A stretch of 64,000 bases of DNA from Candidatus Poribacteria bacterium (lineage in GTDB: Bacteria > Poribacteria > WGA-4E > PCPOR2b): assembly GCA_965218095.1 (NCBI GenBank), contig OZ244587.1:5856001-5920000 (forward strand). The letters run 5' to 3'. Of the stretch, positions 10,430 to 19,691 are shown piece after piece (positions within the stretch are counted from its first letter, which is position 1; each line of letters starts with the position of its first letter). Position numbers and translations under genes: made by a program. Below the pieces are notes generated by a model. The model was not told where the DNA came from. It was given only the letters and a program-made list of their open reading frames with translations, and searched no databases.

Positions 10430-11026
10430 CGGGATTCAAAGCAACTTGAGATGTTGCGCAATGCGAGTTTTGACAAAAACCTTCCCTTTACAACCGTTTT
10501 AGTTGACAGTTGGTATGCCTCCCGTCAAGTGCTTGTTTACATTCAACGGCTTGAAAAGGTCTACTATTGTCCGCTAAAGAGCAACCGTCGTGTTGACGAT
10601 TCGGATGGCAAACACCCACACCAAAGAATTGACCAACTCAACTGGAGTGAAACCCAACAGACCCATGGGAAATCCATCCACCTGAAGAATTTCCCCAAAG
10701 GTCATCGAGTGAAGTTTGTGCGCTCCACCGAGCGCACGGAATATGTCGTGACCAACGACCTCACTCAAGATTCGACGACTCGTTGGAAGATTGAGCAATT
10801 TCACCGACAAGCCAAACAGGTCACCGGTCTTCAACGCTGCCAGTGTCGCAAACAGAGGGGGGTGAGAAATCATATTGGGTGTTCGATGTGAGTCCGGGTC
10901 AAACTCAATCGTCTTGCCCGTCAGACCGGCAAGATGATTTACCAACTCAAGGAGTCACTGCTTGACGATTATCTGCGTCAGCAACTGCTTTCACCTTTTA
11001 TTCCAATGACTCTTGCGTAAGTCCTA
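10430..11026 (+). pseudogene. IS701-family transposase 3' remnant
   Basis: VLVDSWYA...RWKIEQFHRQAKQVTGL..CQCRK...RNHI; internal TGA at 10889; end motif TGCGTAAGTCCTA. Confidence 0.8.
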
Positions 11027-11048
11027 AACTTTTGATGGAGGTGTCAAA

Positions 11049-11897
11049 ATGAACAACGCAAAACCGCATGTTGTGTATCTATCAAGCAGCGCACATAACG
11101 ACTGGCGAGAGCCGGTGAAAGCTAAATATCCGGATGACGATTGGGTTATTTTCGTTGGGCCTTGTGAGGAGCACGGACTCAGCGACGCAATGGGAGCGCC
11201 GGGGGATGTGAAACCTGGGCATAAACTTCGTATCATGCAGATGCTCAGTAAAAGCGACTTCTTATTCGGCTATATTCCGAATGACCGCTACAGGTCCTTC
11301 AATATCATGCTGGAGATTGGAATCGCACGCGCATGGCGAAGGAAGATTCTCTTTGTCAATGAAGCAAGAAGTCTGGATGAAGAGGTAAGGTGTGCTCAAC
11401 CTTATGTCGATGAATCATTTGACTCGTTGTCAGCGGGGTTGGATCGACTCCATCAATTCATCACTGTGGATGGAGGCGTCCCTTCCGAAAATCGTGTGTT
11501 GAGACCCGAAGTCCAGCAGCCTGTCAAGCCTACCGGTCGTGTCGAGCATAAAATCTATCTCTCAGGTAGCAGCGACCCCGGGTGGGTGAATCATGTCCAA
11601 ACGCATTATTGTGATGATGAAGCGGTCACCCTCATCGTCGAGGCAGGCTTAGACGCCGTTGCGGACAGTGACATCTTACTCGCTTGCCGGACAAGCAGCG
11701 AAGGAAGACTTTTCAATCTCTCCCTCGTGGTAGGCTACGCCAGCACCCTCGGCAAACGCATCCTGTTTGTCAACGAAGGTGATCACCACTCCCATGCGTA
11801 TGATTATGTCAAACCGTTTTCGGATGGCTACTTCACCAACCTTGATGAAGGCTTGCGCTATCTCGATTACGCTGTGGGTATCGAAGAACGGTTATAA
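11049..11897 (+). CDS. Tandem YtoQ / nucleoside 2-deoxyribosyltransferase-like domain protein
   Basis: Two internal repeats: VYLSSSAHNDW...SDFL...FNIMLEIG...KILFVNE and IYLSGSSDPGW...SDIL...FNLSLVVG...RILFVNE. Confidence 0.6.
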   Translation: MNNAKPHVVYLSSSAHNDWREPVKAKYPDDDWVIFVGPCEEHGLSDAMGAPGDVKPGHKLRIMQMLSKSDFLFGYIPNDRYRSFNIMLEIGIARAWRRKILFVNEARSLDEEVRCAQPYVDESFDSLSAGLDRLHQFITVDGGVPSENRVLRPEVQQPVKPTGRVEHKIYLSGSSDPGWVNHVQTHYCDDEAVTLIVEAGLDAVADSDILLACRTSSEGRLFNLSLVVGYASTLGKRILFVNEGDHHSHAYDYVKPFSDGYFTNLDEGLRYLDYAVGIEERL

Positions 11898-11932
11898 TCC
11901 AACCTATGGATATACTGATGTTATTTCGCTTT

Positions 11933-13021
11933 TCAAACATTAAATCGGATCGTCAAGACATCGCCATCCTGTACGACGTAATCTTTTCCTTCAAGCCACA
12001 GTAAACCCTTTTCCCTCGCTTTCGCCAGGCTGTCACACTGCACGAGTCCTGCCCAATGGATAGTTTCGGCGCGAATAAATCCAAGTGCCATATCCGTGTG
12101 GATTGCTTCCGCGGCATCGAGTGCTGTCATTCCCTGCTTGAGTGTCCAGGCTCTCAACTCACTAGAAACGACGGTGAAAAAGGTTATCAACCTGAGCAGA
12201 CGGTATGAAGCGTGGATAACCCGCGTCAGTGCGGATTCATTGAGTCCCATTTCAGCGAGGAATACCGCTGCATCTTCTGAATCAAGCTGCGCAATCTCCA
12301 TCTCCAATCTTGCAGAGAGCGTGATGATCTCAACCTGCGGCTTTTGCGCGTATTCCGCGAAAGCCGTGCGTATTTCTTCCGCCCGATTCAATTGGTCTTC
12401 ACCAATATTGAGAATCAGCAACAGCGGTTTTTGCGTCAAAAATCCGTAACCCCGTATCGCCTTTTCATCTTCAGGTAAGAAATCGATTTCTCTAAGCGCA
12501 ATGCCCGCCTCAAGTGCTTCTTTGCATCGCTCCAATACAGCGCGCTCATGTTCTAACACCGGGACTTTTTGTGCGCGAAGTTCCTTGTTAAGCCGATCTA
12601 GTCGCTTGTCGATAATCTGTAAATCGGCAACGGTGAGCTCAATGTCGATTGTCTCAATGTCCCGCTTCGCATCTACACGTCCGTCAACATGAGGCACTGA
12701 ATCCTCTTCAAAGGCACGGACGACGTGTGCCAGCGCATCAACCTCGCGCAACTCCGCAATGAGCCTTGCCTCCAACCCTTCCTTCGCAGCATCACCCTTA
12801 GAAACGCCGGCAACGTCAACATAATCAATACTTGTCGGAGTGACCTTCTTCGGGTGAAATATCGACGCCAGCGATTCTAGCCGTTCATCCGGAACTTTCA
12901 CTGAACTGATGTTTAATCCTTTTTTGGTGATATATGTTCCCGTTTCTGCCTCGGATTGTGTCAGCGCATTGAAAACAGAGGTTTTCCCGACATAGGGCAG
13001 TCCAACAATGCCAATTTTCAT
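11933..13021 (-). CDS. ychF: Redox-regulated ATPase YchF
   Basis: GIVGLPYVGKT, DVAG, GFIRAE, LEGKDYVVQDGD..RFNV. Confidence 0.95.
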   Translation of the reverse strand: MKIGIVGLPYVGKTSVFNALTQSEAETGTYITKKGLNISSVKVPDERLESLASIFHPKKVTPTSIDYVDVAGVSKGDAAKEGLEARLIAELREVDALAHVVRAFEEDSVPHVDGRVDAKRDIETIDIELTVADLQIIDKRLDRLNKELRAQKVPVLEHERAVLERCKEALEAGIALREIDFLPEDEKAIRGYGFLTQKPLLLILNIGEDQLNRAEEIRTAFAEYAQKPQVEIITLSARLEMEIAQLDSEDAAVFLAEMGLNESALTRVIHASYRLLRLITFFTVVSSELRAWTLKQGMTALDAAEAIHTDMALGFIRAETIHWAGLVQCDSLAKAREKGLLWLEGKDYVVQDGDVLTIRFNV

Positions 13022-13118
13022 AAGAGCTCCCCCTCGTTCCGATTTGGATAATGTAGCAAGAGCATATCACTTGAGATCGCGCGATGTCAAGGTCGTTCTC
13101 TGCGCTGAAACTAAAGCC

Positions 13119-13147
13119 TTGACGTGATTTCCCAAGTGAGGTACAAT
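13119..13147 (+). promoter_or_regulatory. Sigma70-type promoter
   Basis: TTGACG-17bp-TACAAT. Confidence 0.7.
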
Positions 13148-13154
13148 TGAGTAT

Positions 13155-13265
13155 CATTCGGCAGCAGACCTGCCTGACTAGGCAGGGGAACTTTAACCTG
13201 ACACCTTCATTGCATCGAGGTAAATGACACGCTCCGATTAGAAAGATCGAGGCTGCTACCGTGTG
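13155..13265 (+). ncRNA. Unassigned structured RNA / 5' leader (multi-branch)
   Basis: Closing stem CATTCGGCAGCAG/CTGCTACCGTGTG (11 of 13 pairs); hairpins CCTGCCT-GACT-AGGCAGG, ACCTT..GAGGT and CGATT..GATCG. Confidence 0.45.
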
Positions 13266-13278
13266 TAGAGAAAAAGCG

Positions 13279-14058
13279 ATGAGATTTCAAGGAAAATCCG
13301 TCATTGTGACCGGAGGGGCTTCAGGCATTGGAGAGGCAACAGCGAGGCTGTTTTCTGCCGAGGGGGCAAACGTCGTCATTGCTGACGTGAATCCTGCTGG
13401 CGAAGCCGTTGCACAACAACTCTGTCAGCAAGAGGAGGAAGCGATCTTTGTTCAAACCGATGTATCGAAAGCGGATGATGCAGAATGCCTGATTCAAGCG
13501 ACTTTGAGCCAATATGGTCGGTTAGACATCTTGCACAATAACGCGGGGATTCTGGTTGTTGGCGATGTCACAACAATTTCGGAAGCCGATTGGGATCGAT
13601 GCATCGACATTAACCTGAAAGGCGTCTATCTCGTTTCTAAATATGCGCTTCCTACAATGCAGGAAGCAGGCGGTGGGGTGATTATCAACACTGCCTCCAC
13701 AGCGGGGATATCCGGTGGAAGTGGTTATGCTGTCTACGGCGCATCGAAGGCAGGCATTATTCTTCTGACGCAGTGTATGGCTTTAGATTTCGCAAAACAC
13801 AATATTCGCGTCAATGCGGTTTGTCCTGGCCCAACGGCGACACCGATGATTCTTTCACCTGACGCTGACCGAGAAAGTGCACTTGAGCGATGGGCACAAG
13901 AGTTGCCAATTGGACGTGCGGGCGAACCGGAAGACACCGCCAAAGCCGTCGCTTATCTGGCGTCTGATGATGCGTCATTTGTTACGGGAAGCGCATTTGT
14001 CGTTGATGGAGGGCGCTTGCTGACCGGCATTGGACAGCGTATCGCCGTTGATACCTGA
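13279..14058 (+). CDS. SDR family oxidoreductase
   Basis: TGGASGIG, NNAG, YGASK. Confidence 0.92.
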   Translation: MRFQGKSVIVTGGASGIGEATARLFSAEGANVVIADVNPAGEAVAQQLCQQEEEAIFVQTDVSKADDAECLIQATLSQYGRLDILHNNAGILVVGDVTTISEADWDRCIDINLKGVYLVSKYALPTMQEAGGGVIINTASTAGISGGSGYAVYGASKAGIILLTQCMALDFAKHNIRVNAVCPGPTATPMILSPDADRESALERWAQELPIGRAGEPEDTAKAVAYLASDDASFVTGSAFVVDGGRLLTGIGQRIAVDT

Positions 14059-14305
14059 CCAGAATCGGAGTATTTGGTTAGATTATACTTGAGAGAAGTT
14101 GAGCCAGATTAGTGGGCGACGCTTCGATTTTCAAAGGTGACCAGACGGTAAGCGGCATGCTGTTGGATGGAAAGTGAAAATCGACGCCGTTCCCGCCCCT
14201 GACAATGTAGGAGTGCAGGCTAGTGTGATAGCGAGGAAGACAGATGTAGAATTGAGGGGAAGCAGTGAGAAGAAGCGCAGGAGGGGAAAGTTTTCATCGA
14301 ACAGC

Positions 14306-15148
14306 TCACTCAAGTACGAATTCGACATTGACCCGATGTGGAATAGCCCCAGATTCATATCCACGGCCCATCAGCACCCGGACGCCAGCTCTGCCTTGCT
14401 CACCATAATCAAGCGTGTAGTTGTTTACATACATGCCAACGAACCGATCTGCAAGTTCCGTTTCCATATCGCGTGCATAGGTCATTGCATATTCTAAGCC
14501 CTTCCCTCGATGCTCAAGTGAATATTGAATGCTCTGCCTGAGGAGCGATGTAATGTGGTGGATTTTCTCCTTCCCGAGATTCCGGCGGATTGCATTCACC
14601 CCCAATGGCAGCGGCAATCCGGTTTCCTCATACCACCACTTCCCCAGATCCATAACTTTGTGTAGCCCCGTGCGAGCGTAGGTCAACTGTCCTTCGTGGA
14701 TAATCAACCCTGCATCCGCCCGACCTTGTTGAACATGCGCTAAAATCTGATCGAAACGAACAACTTCCGGTTCAAAATCCGGTTGACAGAGACGCAACGT
14801 CAAGTAAGCCGTCGTCATTTTTCCGGGAATCGCGATTTTTTTACCCGCGAGCGCTTCTCTGCGCATTGGTTCCTTGGAGACGACGAGTGGTCCGTATTTA
14901 TCACCGATACTTGCCCCACAAGGCATCAAAGCGTAGTGATCGGCAACGTAAGCGTAAGCATGGACGGAGATAGCTGTCACCTCTAACTCCGCGTTGAGTG
15001 CCCGTCGATTTAAACTCTCAATGTCTTCGATAACGTGGATAATCTCGACGCCATCAGTTGGAATGAGCCCTTTAGCCAGGGCATAGAACATAAAAGCGTC
15101 ATCAGAATCAGGGCTGTGACCGATACGAATCTGTTCTGTTTGTGACAT
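14306..15148 (-). CDS. mqnD: 1,4-dihydroxy-6-naphthoate synthase (futalosine pathway)
   Basis: GHSPDSDDAFMFYAL, IIHEGQLTY, LPLPLG, MYVN. Confidence 0.88.
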   Translation of the reverse strand: MSQTEQIRIGHSPDSDDAFMFYALAKGLIPTDGVEIIHVIEDIESLNRRALNAELEVTAISVHAYAYVADHYALMPCGASIGDKYGPLVVSKEPMRREALAGKKIAIPGKMTTAYLTLRLCQPDFEPEVVRFDQILAHVQQGRADAGLIIHEGQLTYARTGLHKVMDLGKWWYEETGLPLPLGVNAIRRNLGKEKIHHITSLLRQSIQYSLEHRGKGLEYAMTYARDMETELADRFVGMYVNNYTLDYGEQGRAGVRVLMGRGYESGAIPHRVNVEFVLE

Positions 15149-15406
15149 CAGTTTCTCCCATTAGCAGAACCATTTTTTGTCCCATGAAGGTATGATTACA
15201 TCGGATCTAAAATACTCGTTAGGGACAATTATGCTCATCCCTGCATCCCATTATCCTGTTTTCTATCTGAAGCCTTCCAGTACTTCACATTCTCACGGAG
15301 CTACCTGGTATATCCTGCCGATAGGGTCGAAGCCCCGTTTCTGATATATTATGCCTGCCGATTATATCAGATAATAGAATTGATGTCAAGGTGTTAAGTA
15401 GATATG

Positions 15407-15618
15407 TAGAAATTCCGGGAGGGTATACTATCATTAAATGTTTGAGAAACTGTACAGTGACAGAAATTTTTCCCTTTTCGTCGTCCACGACAAGTGATGA
15501 GTGACGAGTGATTCTCATGCATCACTTCTCACTCCTTACGCTAGACGCCAGATCACTGATGCAGAGTTGACTGACTTTCTCAAGGGTTTAATGATAGCAC
15601 ACCATGCCGGAATTTCTA
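15407..15618. repeat. MITE-like family 2, copy A (long terminal inverted repeats)
   Basis: TAGAAATTCCGG..GGTATACTATCATTAAA..TTGAGAAA / TTTCTCAA..TTTAATGATAGCACACC..CCGGAATTTCTA. Confidence 0.7.
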
Positions 15619-15635
15619 ATTAAACCAGATTTTTC

Positions 15636-15664
15636 TTGCAATTTTGTGATTGATTATGTATAAT
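15636..15664 (+). promoter_or_regulatory. Sigma70 promoter of tRNA-Asn
   Basis: TTGCAA-17bp-TATAAT. Confidence 0.7.
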
Positions 15665-15697
15665 TATCTCCCGCTTTGGAGGGGTTATCCACAATGA

Positions 15698-15770
15698 TCT
15701 CCCGTAGCTCAGCTGGTAGAGCAGGTGGCTGTTAACCACTTTGTCGGCGGTTCGAATCCGTCCGGGAGAG
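15698..15770 (+). tRNA. tRNA-Asn(GTT), CCA not encoded
   Basis: Acceptor stem TCTCCCG/CGGGAGA, D arm AGCTCAGCTGGTAGAGC, anticodon loop CTGTTAA, T loop GGTTCGAATCC. Confidence 0.97.
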
Positions 15771-15776
15771 TTAAAT

Positions 15777-15818
15777 AAAGCCCCGTTTGATATTTTTGTC
15801 AAACGGGGCTTTTTTATT
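15777..15818 (+). terminator. Rho-independent terminator
   Basis: AAAGCCCCGTTTGA..TCAAACGGGGCTTTTTTATT. Confidence 0.9.
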
Positions 15819-15874
15819 GGCGCTGCAGCGTTCTTCCGTCCCAACAGATGCTCTGGCAATGAGTTCCTCGCACG

Positions 15875-16135
15875 GTGATGCCCAACACAGCTTTCTATTT
15901 GTGCATGGATAAACCGTTTGATTATGAATTTCAGCTAGAAGGTCTGGAAAAACAGAATTTTTATCTAGAGGGGGATTTTGATGGACAACCTCTTGAACCA
16001 GGTATAATGACCTTCATCTATATCATCTTCTGTCCCAAAACTCGCGGGACCGGGAAAGCGCAACTCGTATTAATCAAAGATGGTATTCCGGTCTATCGAA
16101 TCGTTCTCTCCGGTCGTGGTATCGAACGAAATTGA
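15875..16135 (+). CDS. Hypothetical protein or fragment
   Basis: 86-aa ORF with protein-like composition; no recognised motif. Confidence 0.3.
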   Translation: MMPNTAFYLCMDKPFDYEFQLEGLEKQNFYLEGDFDGQPLEPGIMTFIYIIFCPKTRGTGKAQLVLIKDGIPVYRIVLSGRGIERN

Positions 16136-16183
16136 GATTGACACATTGAATCAGATGTTGTGAATTTTCAGAAAGGATTAACA

Positions 16184-18253
16184 ATGCCAGAAAAACCGAG
16201 ACACACCAACCGACTCATCAACGAAACGAGTCCTTACCTCCTGCAGCACGCACACAACCCCGTCAATTGGCATCCGTGGGGCGAAGAAGCATTGGAGCGT
16301 GCCAAGCGTGAGGACAAACCGATTCTATTGAGCATTGGCTACGCTGCGTGCCACTGGTGCCATGTTATGGAGCACGAGTCCTTTGAGAACGAACATATCG
16401 CCACGGTCATGAACGAACATTTCATTAACATCAAGGTCGACCGTGAGGAACGCCCAGACCTAGATGAAATCTACATGAACGCTGTCCAAATGCTTACCGG
16501 GCAAGGCGGCTGGCCCATGACCATGTTTCTGACGCCGGACCTCAAGCCGTTCTACGGAGGTACCTACTTTCCGCCAGACAATCGCTACGGGCGTCCGGGT
16601 TTTCCACGTGTGCTGCTTGGCATCGCGGAGGCTTACCGTGAACGTCGTGAAGCTGTGGCAGAACAATCAGAGCAAATCACTGCCAACCTGAATCAGCTCT
16701 CAGGAATGGAAGGGCACGGTCATCAGTTGACAACTGACTTGCTCGATACGGCTTTTCAGGACTACCGATCACGATTCGACGCGCGATGCGGCGGTTTCGG
16801 GCAGGCGCCCAAGTTTCCACCAAGCATGGGACTCTCCCTATTATTGCGTCACTGGCATCGTACAGGTAACCTCAATGCGCTTGAGATGGTTGAAGTCACG
16901 CTGGAAAAAATGGCGCGAGGCGGTATGTATGACCAACTCGGCGGAGGATTTCATCGCTATTCAGTCGATGAAAGATGGCTCGTTCCTCACTTTGAGAAAA
17001 TGCTCTACGACAACGCTTTGCTGACGGTAGTCTATCTGGAAGCATATCAGGCGACAGGGAAAACCTTTTATCGCCAGATCGCCATGGAAACGCTTGACTA
17101 CGTTTTACGAGAGATGTATAATACGGAAGTTGGCAGTTTCTATTCGACACAGGATGCAGACAGCGAAGGCGTTGAGGGCAAATTCTTCGTCTGGACGCCA
17201 GATGAGGTGGAAGAACTCCTTGGCCAAGAAAAAGCCAAGATTTTCTGCGAATATTATGACATAACCAAGCATGGTAATTTTGAACATAAAAACATCCTTC
17301 ATGTCCAAACTCCGGCAGATCTTTTCGCCAAAAAGCTGAGAATGGATGTGCAGAAGATAGAGGCGATACTTGCCGAAGGCAAGGGTAAGCTCTTTGAAGT
17401 TCGCGAAAAACGGATTAAGCCCGGTTTAGACGACAAAATCCTCACAAGTTGGAACGGCTTAATGATCCGGAGTATGGCAATGGGATACCAGATCCTCGGT
17501 GACGAGCGCTACCGCGAAGCCGCAGAAAAATCAGCGAGATTCATTTTAACTGAGCTCTCGCAGGATAGCAGGTTGCTGCTGCGTACTCACCGTGAGGGCA
17601 AAAGCCACCTGAACGCTTACCTTGAGGATTATTCCTACTTCGTTGCTGGCTTGATCAATCTCTACGAAGCAACCTTCGAGCTAGAGTGGCTGAAGGAAGC
17701 GCAGCAACTCAATCAGATCATGATCGAACAATTCTGGGACGATGTAAACGGCGGTTTCTTCTTTACAAGCAAGAATCACGAATCCCTCATTGTCCGCTCA
17801 AAATCCGGGTATGATGGCGCGACGCCGGCTGGCGCATCAATGGCTATCCATAATTTGTTACGGCTTGACAAACTCCTCAACCAACCAGATCTGTGGGAGA
17901 AAACGGAGACTACCCTCGATATCTATTACCATCAAATAGAGCATTCTCCCAGCGGATCGGCGCAACTGCTCTGCGAACTCGATTTTCTGCTTTCCACCCC
18001 CAAAGAGATTGCAATTGTCGGTCAGAGGGAGGGCGAGGATACCAAAGTCGCATTGGAATCTATCCATAGCCGCTTTGTTCCAAGCAAGGTGCTCGCCCTT
18101 GCCAGCGATGAAGAAGATGTCAGCGATTTCATTCCGCTCCTTGAAGGCAAAACGCAAATTGATGGCAAAGCGACAATCTATGTGTGCGAGAACTACACCT
18201 GCAAGGCACCGACGACGGATTTAGAAGAACTGGCAGGTCTGCTTCAAGAATAG
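16184..18253 (+). CDS. Thioredoxin-domain protein YyaL/SSP411 family
   Basis: [42 protein letters not shown]. Confidence 0.95.
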   Translation: MPEKPRHTNRLINETSPYLLQHAHNPVNWHPWGEEALERAKREDKPILLSIGYAACHWCHVMEHESFENEHIATVMNEHFINIKVDREERPDLDEIYMNAVQMLTGQGGWPMTMFLTPDLKPFYGGTYFPPDNRYGRPGFPRVLLGIAEAYRERREAVAEQSEQITANLNQLSGMEGHGHQLTTDLLDTAFQDYRSRFDARCGGFGQAPKFPPSMGLSLLLRHWHRTGNLNALEMVEVTLEKMARGGMYDQLGGGFHRYSVDERWLVPHFEKMLYDNALLTVVYLEAYQATGKTFYRQIAMETLDYVLREMYNTEVGSFYSTQDADSEGVEGKFFVWTPDEVEELLGQEKAKIFCEYYDITKHGNFEHKNILHVQTPADLFAKKLRMDVQKIEAILAEGKGKLFEVREKRIKPGLDDKILTSWNGLMIRSMAMGYQILGDERYREAAEKSARFILTELSQDSRLLLRTHREGKSHLNAYLEDYSYFVAGLINLYEATFELEWLKEAQQLNQIMIEQFWDDVNGGFFFTSKNHESLIVRSKSGYDGATPAGASMAIHNLLRLDKLLNQPDLWEKTETTLDIYYHQIEHSPSGSAQLLCELDFLLSTPKEIAIVGQREGEDTKVALESIHSRFVPSKVLALASDEEDVSDFIPLLEGKTQIDGKATIYVCENYTCKAPTTDLEELAGLLQE

Positions 18254-18309
18254 GGTTATCTGGGAGATTTCGGGCAGAGGCGAACATGCACCATCAAGTG
18301 GAAGAGATC

Positions 18310-18945
18310 ATGTACACATTTTGGATAGCCGTGCTGTTGATTGCCGCCTGCAATTCTAGTTTGCTTATCGATTCCCTGATGACATCAGAGCCATCTGAAA
18401 TTCCGACACAGACCGATGTTCGGATGCGGGCACTGGCTGCAGGAGAGTTTCGCTTGCCAGCAGCCAGTGCCTTCGGTGAAAAGGGGTTCCACGAAGTGCT
18501 GGTAGCTACCCATACCGTGCCGCAGGATTTGCGTTCTACAACTGGTATGAAGTTTGTCATCTCGCTATGGGATGCCGGGCGGCCGGGGCAAACCTGTATC
18601 CGACATCATCCCTTATCCGGGTGTGCTACGGTAGACTGGTCTGATGCAGAAGGTCGGCCCAAGGTGCCGCCTGGTGGCGTGTTTGAGAATAGCATCACTC
18701 TCCAACTCGCATCCGGAACGCAGAAGTTCTTCTTGAGCGAATCGGAAAAACTCGCCGATGCACCGGATGCCTTCAAGCCGGGTTGACCTCACACCGCAGT
18801 GGGCGGAGCCGCCCGCAAGTGGGAAGTAGACATAAAAGACGAAATAAGCCCTGGCAGCCAGATTAAATTTCGTCTGGTCATGACGAAATTCAACCCTCCT
18901 GATGTTCGTATCGCCTACGAAATTCGCCTGGAGCCGATTAAATGA
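18310..18945 (+). CDS. Putative lipoprotein; candidate selenoprotein (in-frame TGA at 18784)
   Basis: Lipobox LIAAC; frame stays open for 52 codons after TGA; hairpin GGGCG-GAGC-CGCCC with its loop 19 nt downstream of TGA. Confidence 0.55.
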
Positions 18946-19051
18946 GGGGTGTGGATAATTGAGTGTTCAAAGACTTCTGTTAAAACTGACAAATCGGCGA
19001 ACAGATTCACTGATTCGTTGATTCGTTGATTCTCAGACAAGGAGTACCATC

Positions 19052-19543
19052 ATGGACGAAAATGAATCTGACAGGAGAGAGCAGGCACTACTTTATTTAT
19101 ATGAGGGAGAAGAACACCAGATGCGTGGTGAATTCGGACCTGCAATCGAGTTGTATATGAAATCGATCGACCTCTATCCGACTGCGAAAGCGTACACATG
19201 GCTCGGCTGGACTTACAGTATGATGGGACGCCTTCAAGACGCGATCGAAGAATGTCACAAAGCCATTCGTCTGGATCCCGACTTTGGCAATCCCTACAAC
19301 GATATCGGTGCGTGTCTGATCCAACTCGGCGAACATGACGCCGCTATCCCCTGGCTGGAAAAAGCGATTCAAGCACCTGACTACGAAGCACGGTGCCATC
19401 CCCACATGAACCTGGGGCGGGTCTGGGAGCATCGGTTGGAATGGGATAAAGCAATCGAAAGTTACAAACGTGCCTTATATGAAAGTCCCGATTACGAACC
19501 CGCATTCACCGCGCTCAGAAAACTGCGGGCGAGGCTGAATTAG
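19052..19543 (+). CDS. TPR repeat protein
   Basis: Four TPR-like repeats. Confidence 0.88.
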   Translation: MDENESDRREQALLYLYEGEEHQMRGEFGPAIELYMKSIDLYPTAKAYTWLGWTYSMMGRLQDAIEECHKAIRLDPDFGNPYNDIGACLIQLGEHDAAIPWLEKAIQAPDYEARCHPHMNLGRVWEHRLEWDKAIESYKRALYESPDYEPAFTALRKLRARLN

Positions 19544-19691
19544 ATTATGTGAGAGTTCAAAAAGTTCAGGAGTTCAGGAGTTCATTAATGAACCAATTTA
19601 CCCATGAACTATCACCTACTTACCTACGTTTTACGCTTTACGCAATACATATTGGGCATGACTTCCAATAGCACTGAATGAGGAGAAAACA

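Noticed and set aside
15685-15693. DnaA boxes (TTATCCACA here; TGTGGATAA at 18950) as oriC
   Set aside because: They are isolated single boxes, with no cluster and no dnaA/dnaN nearby.
15698-16135. Integrated element at tRNA-Asn
   Set aside because: No integrase was seen, and no duplicated tRNA 3' end was noticed in the window.
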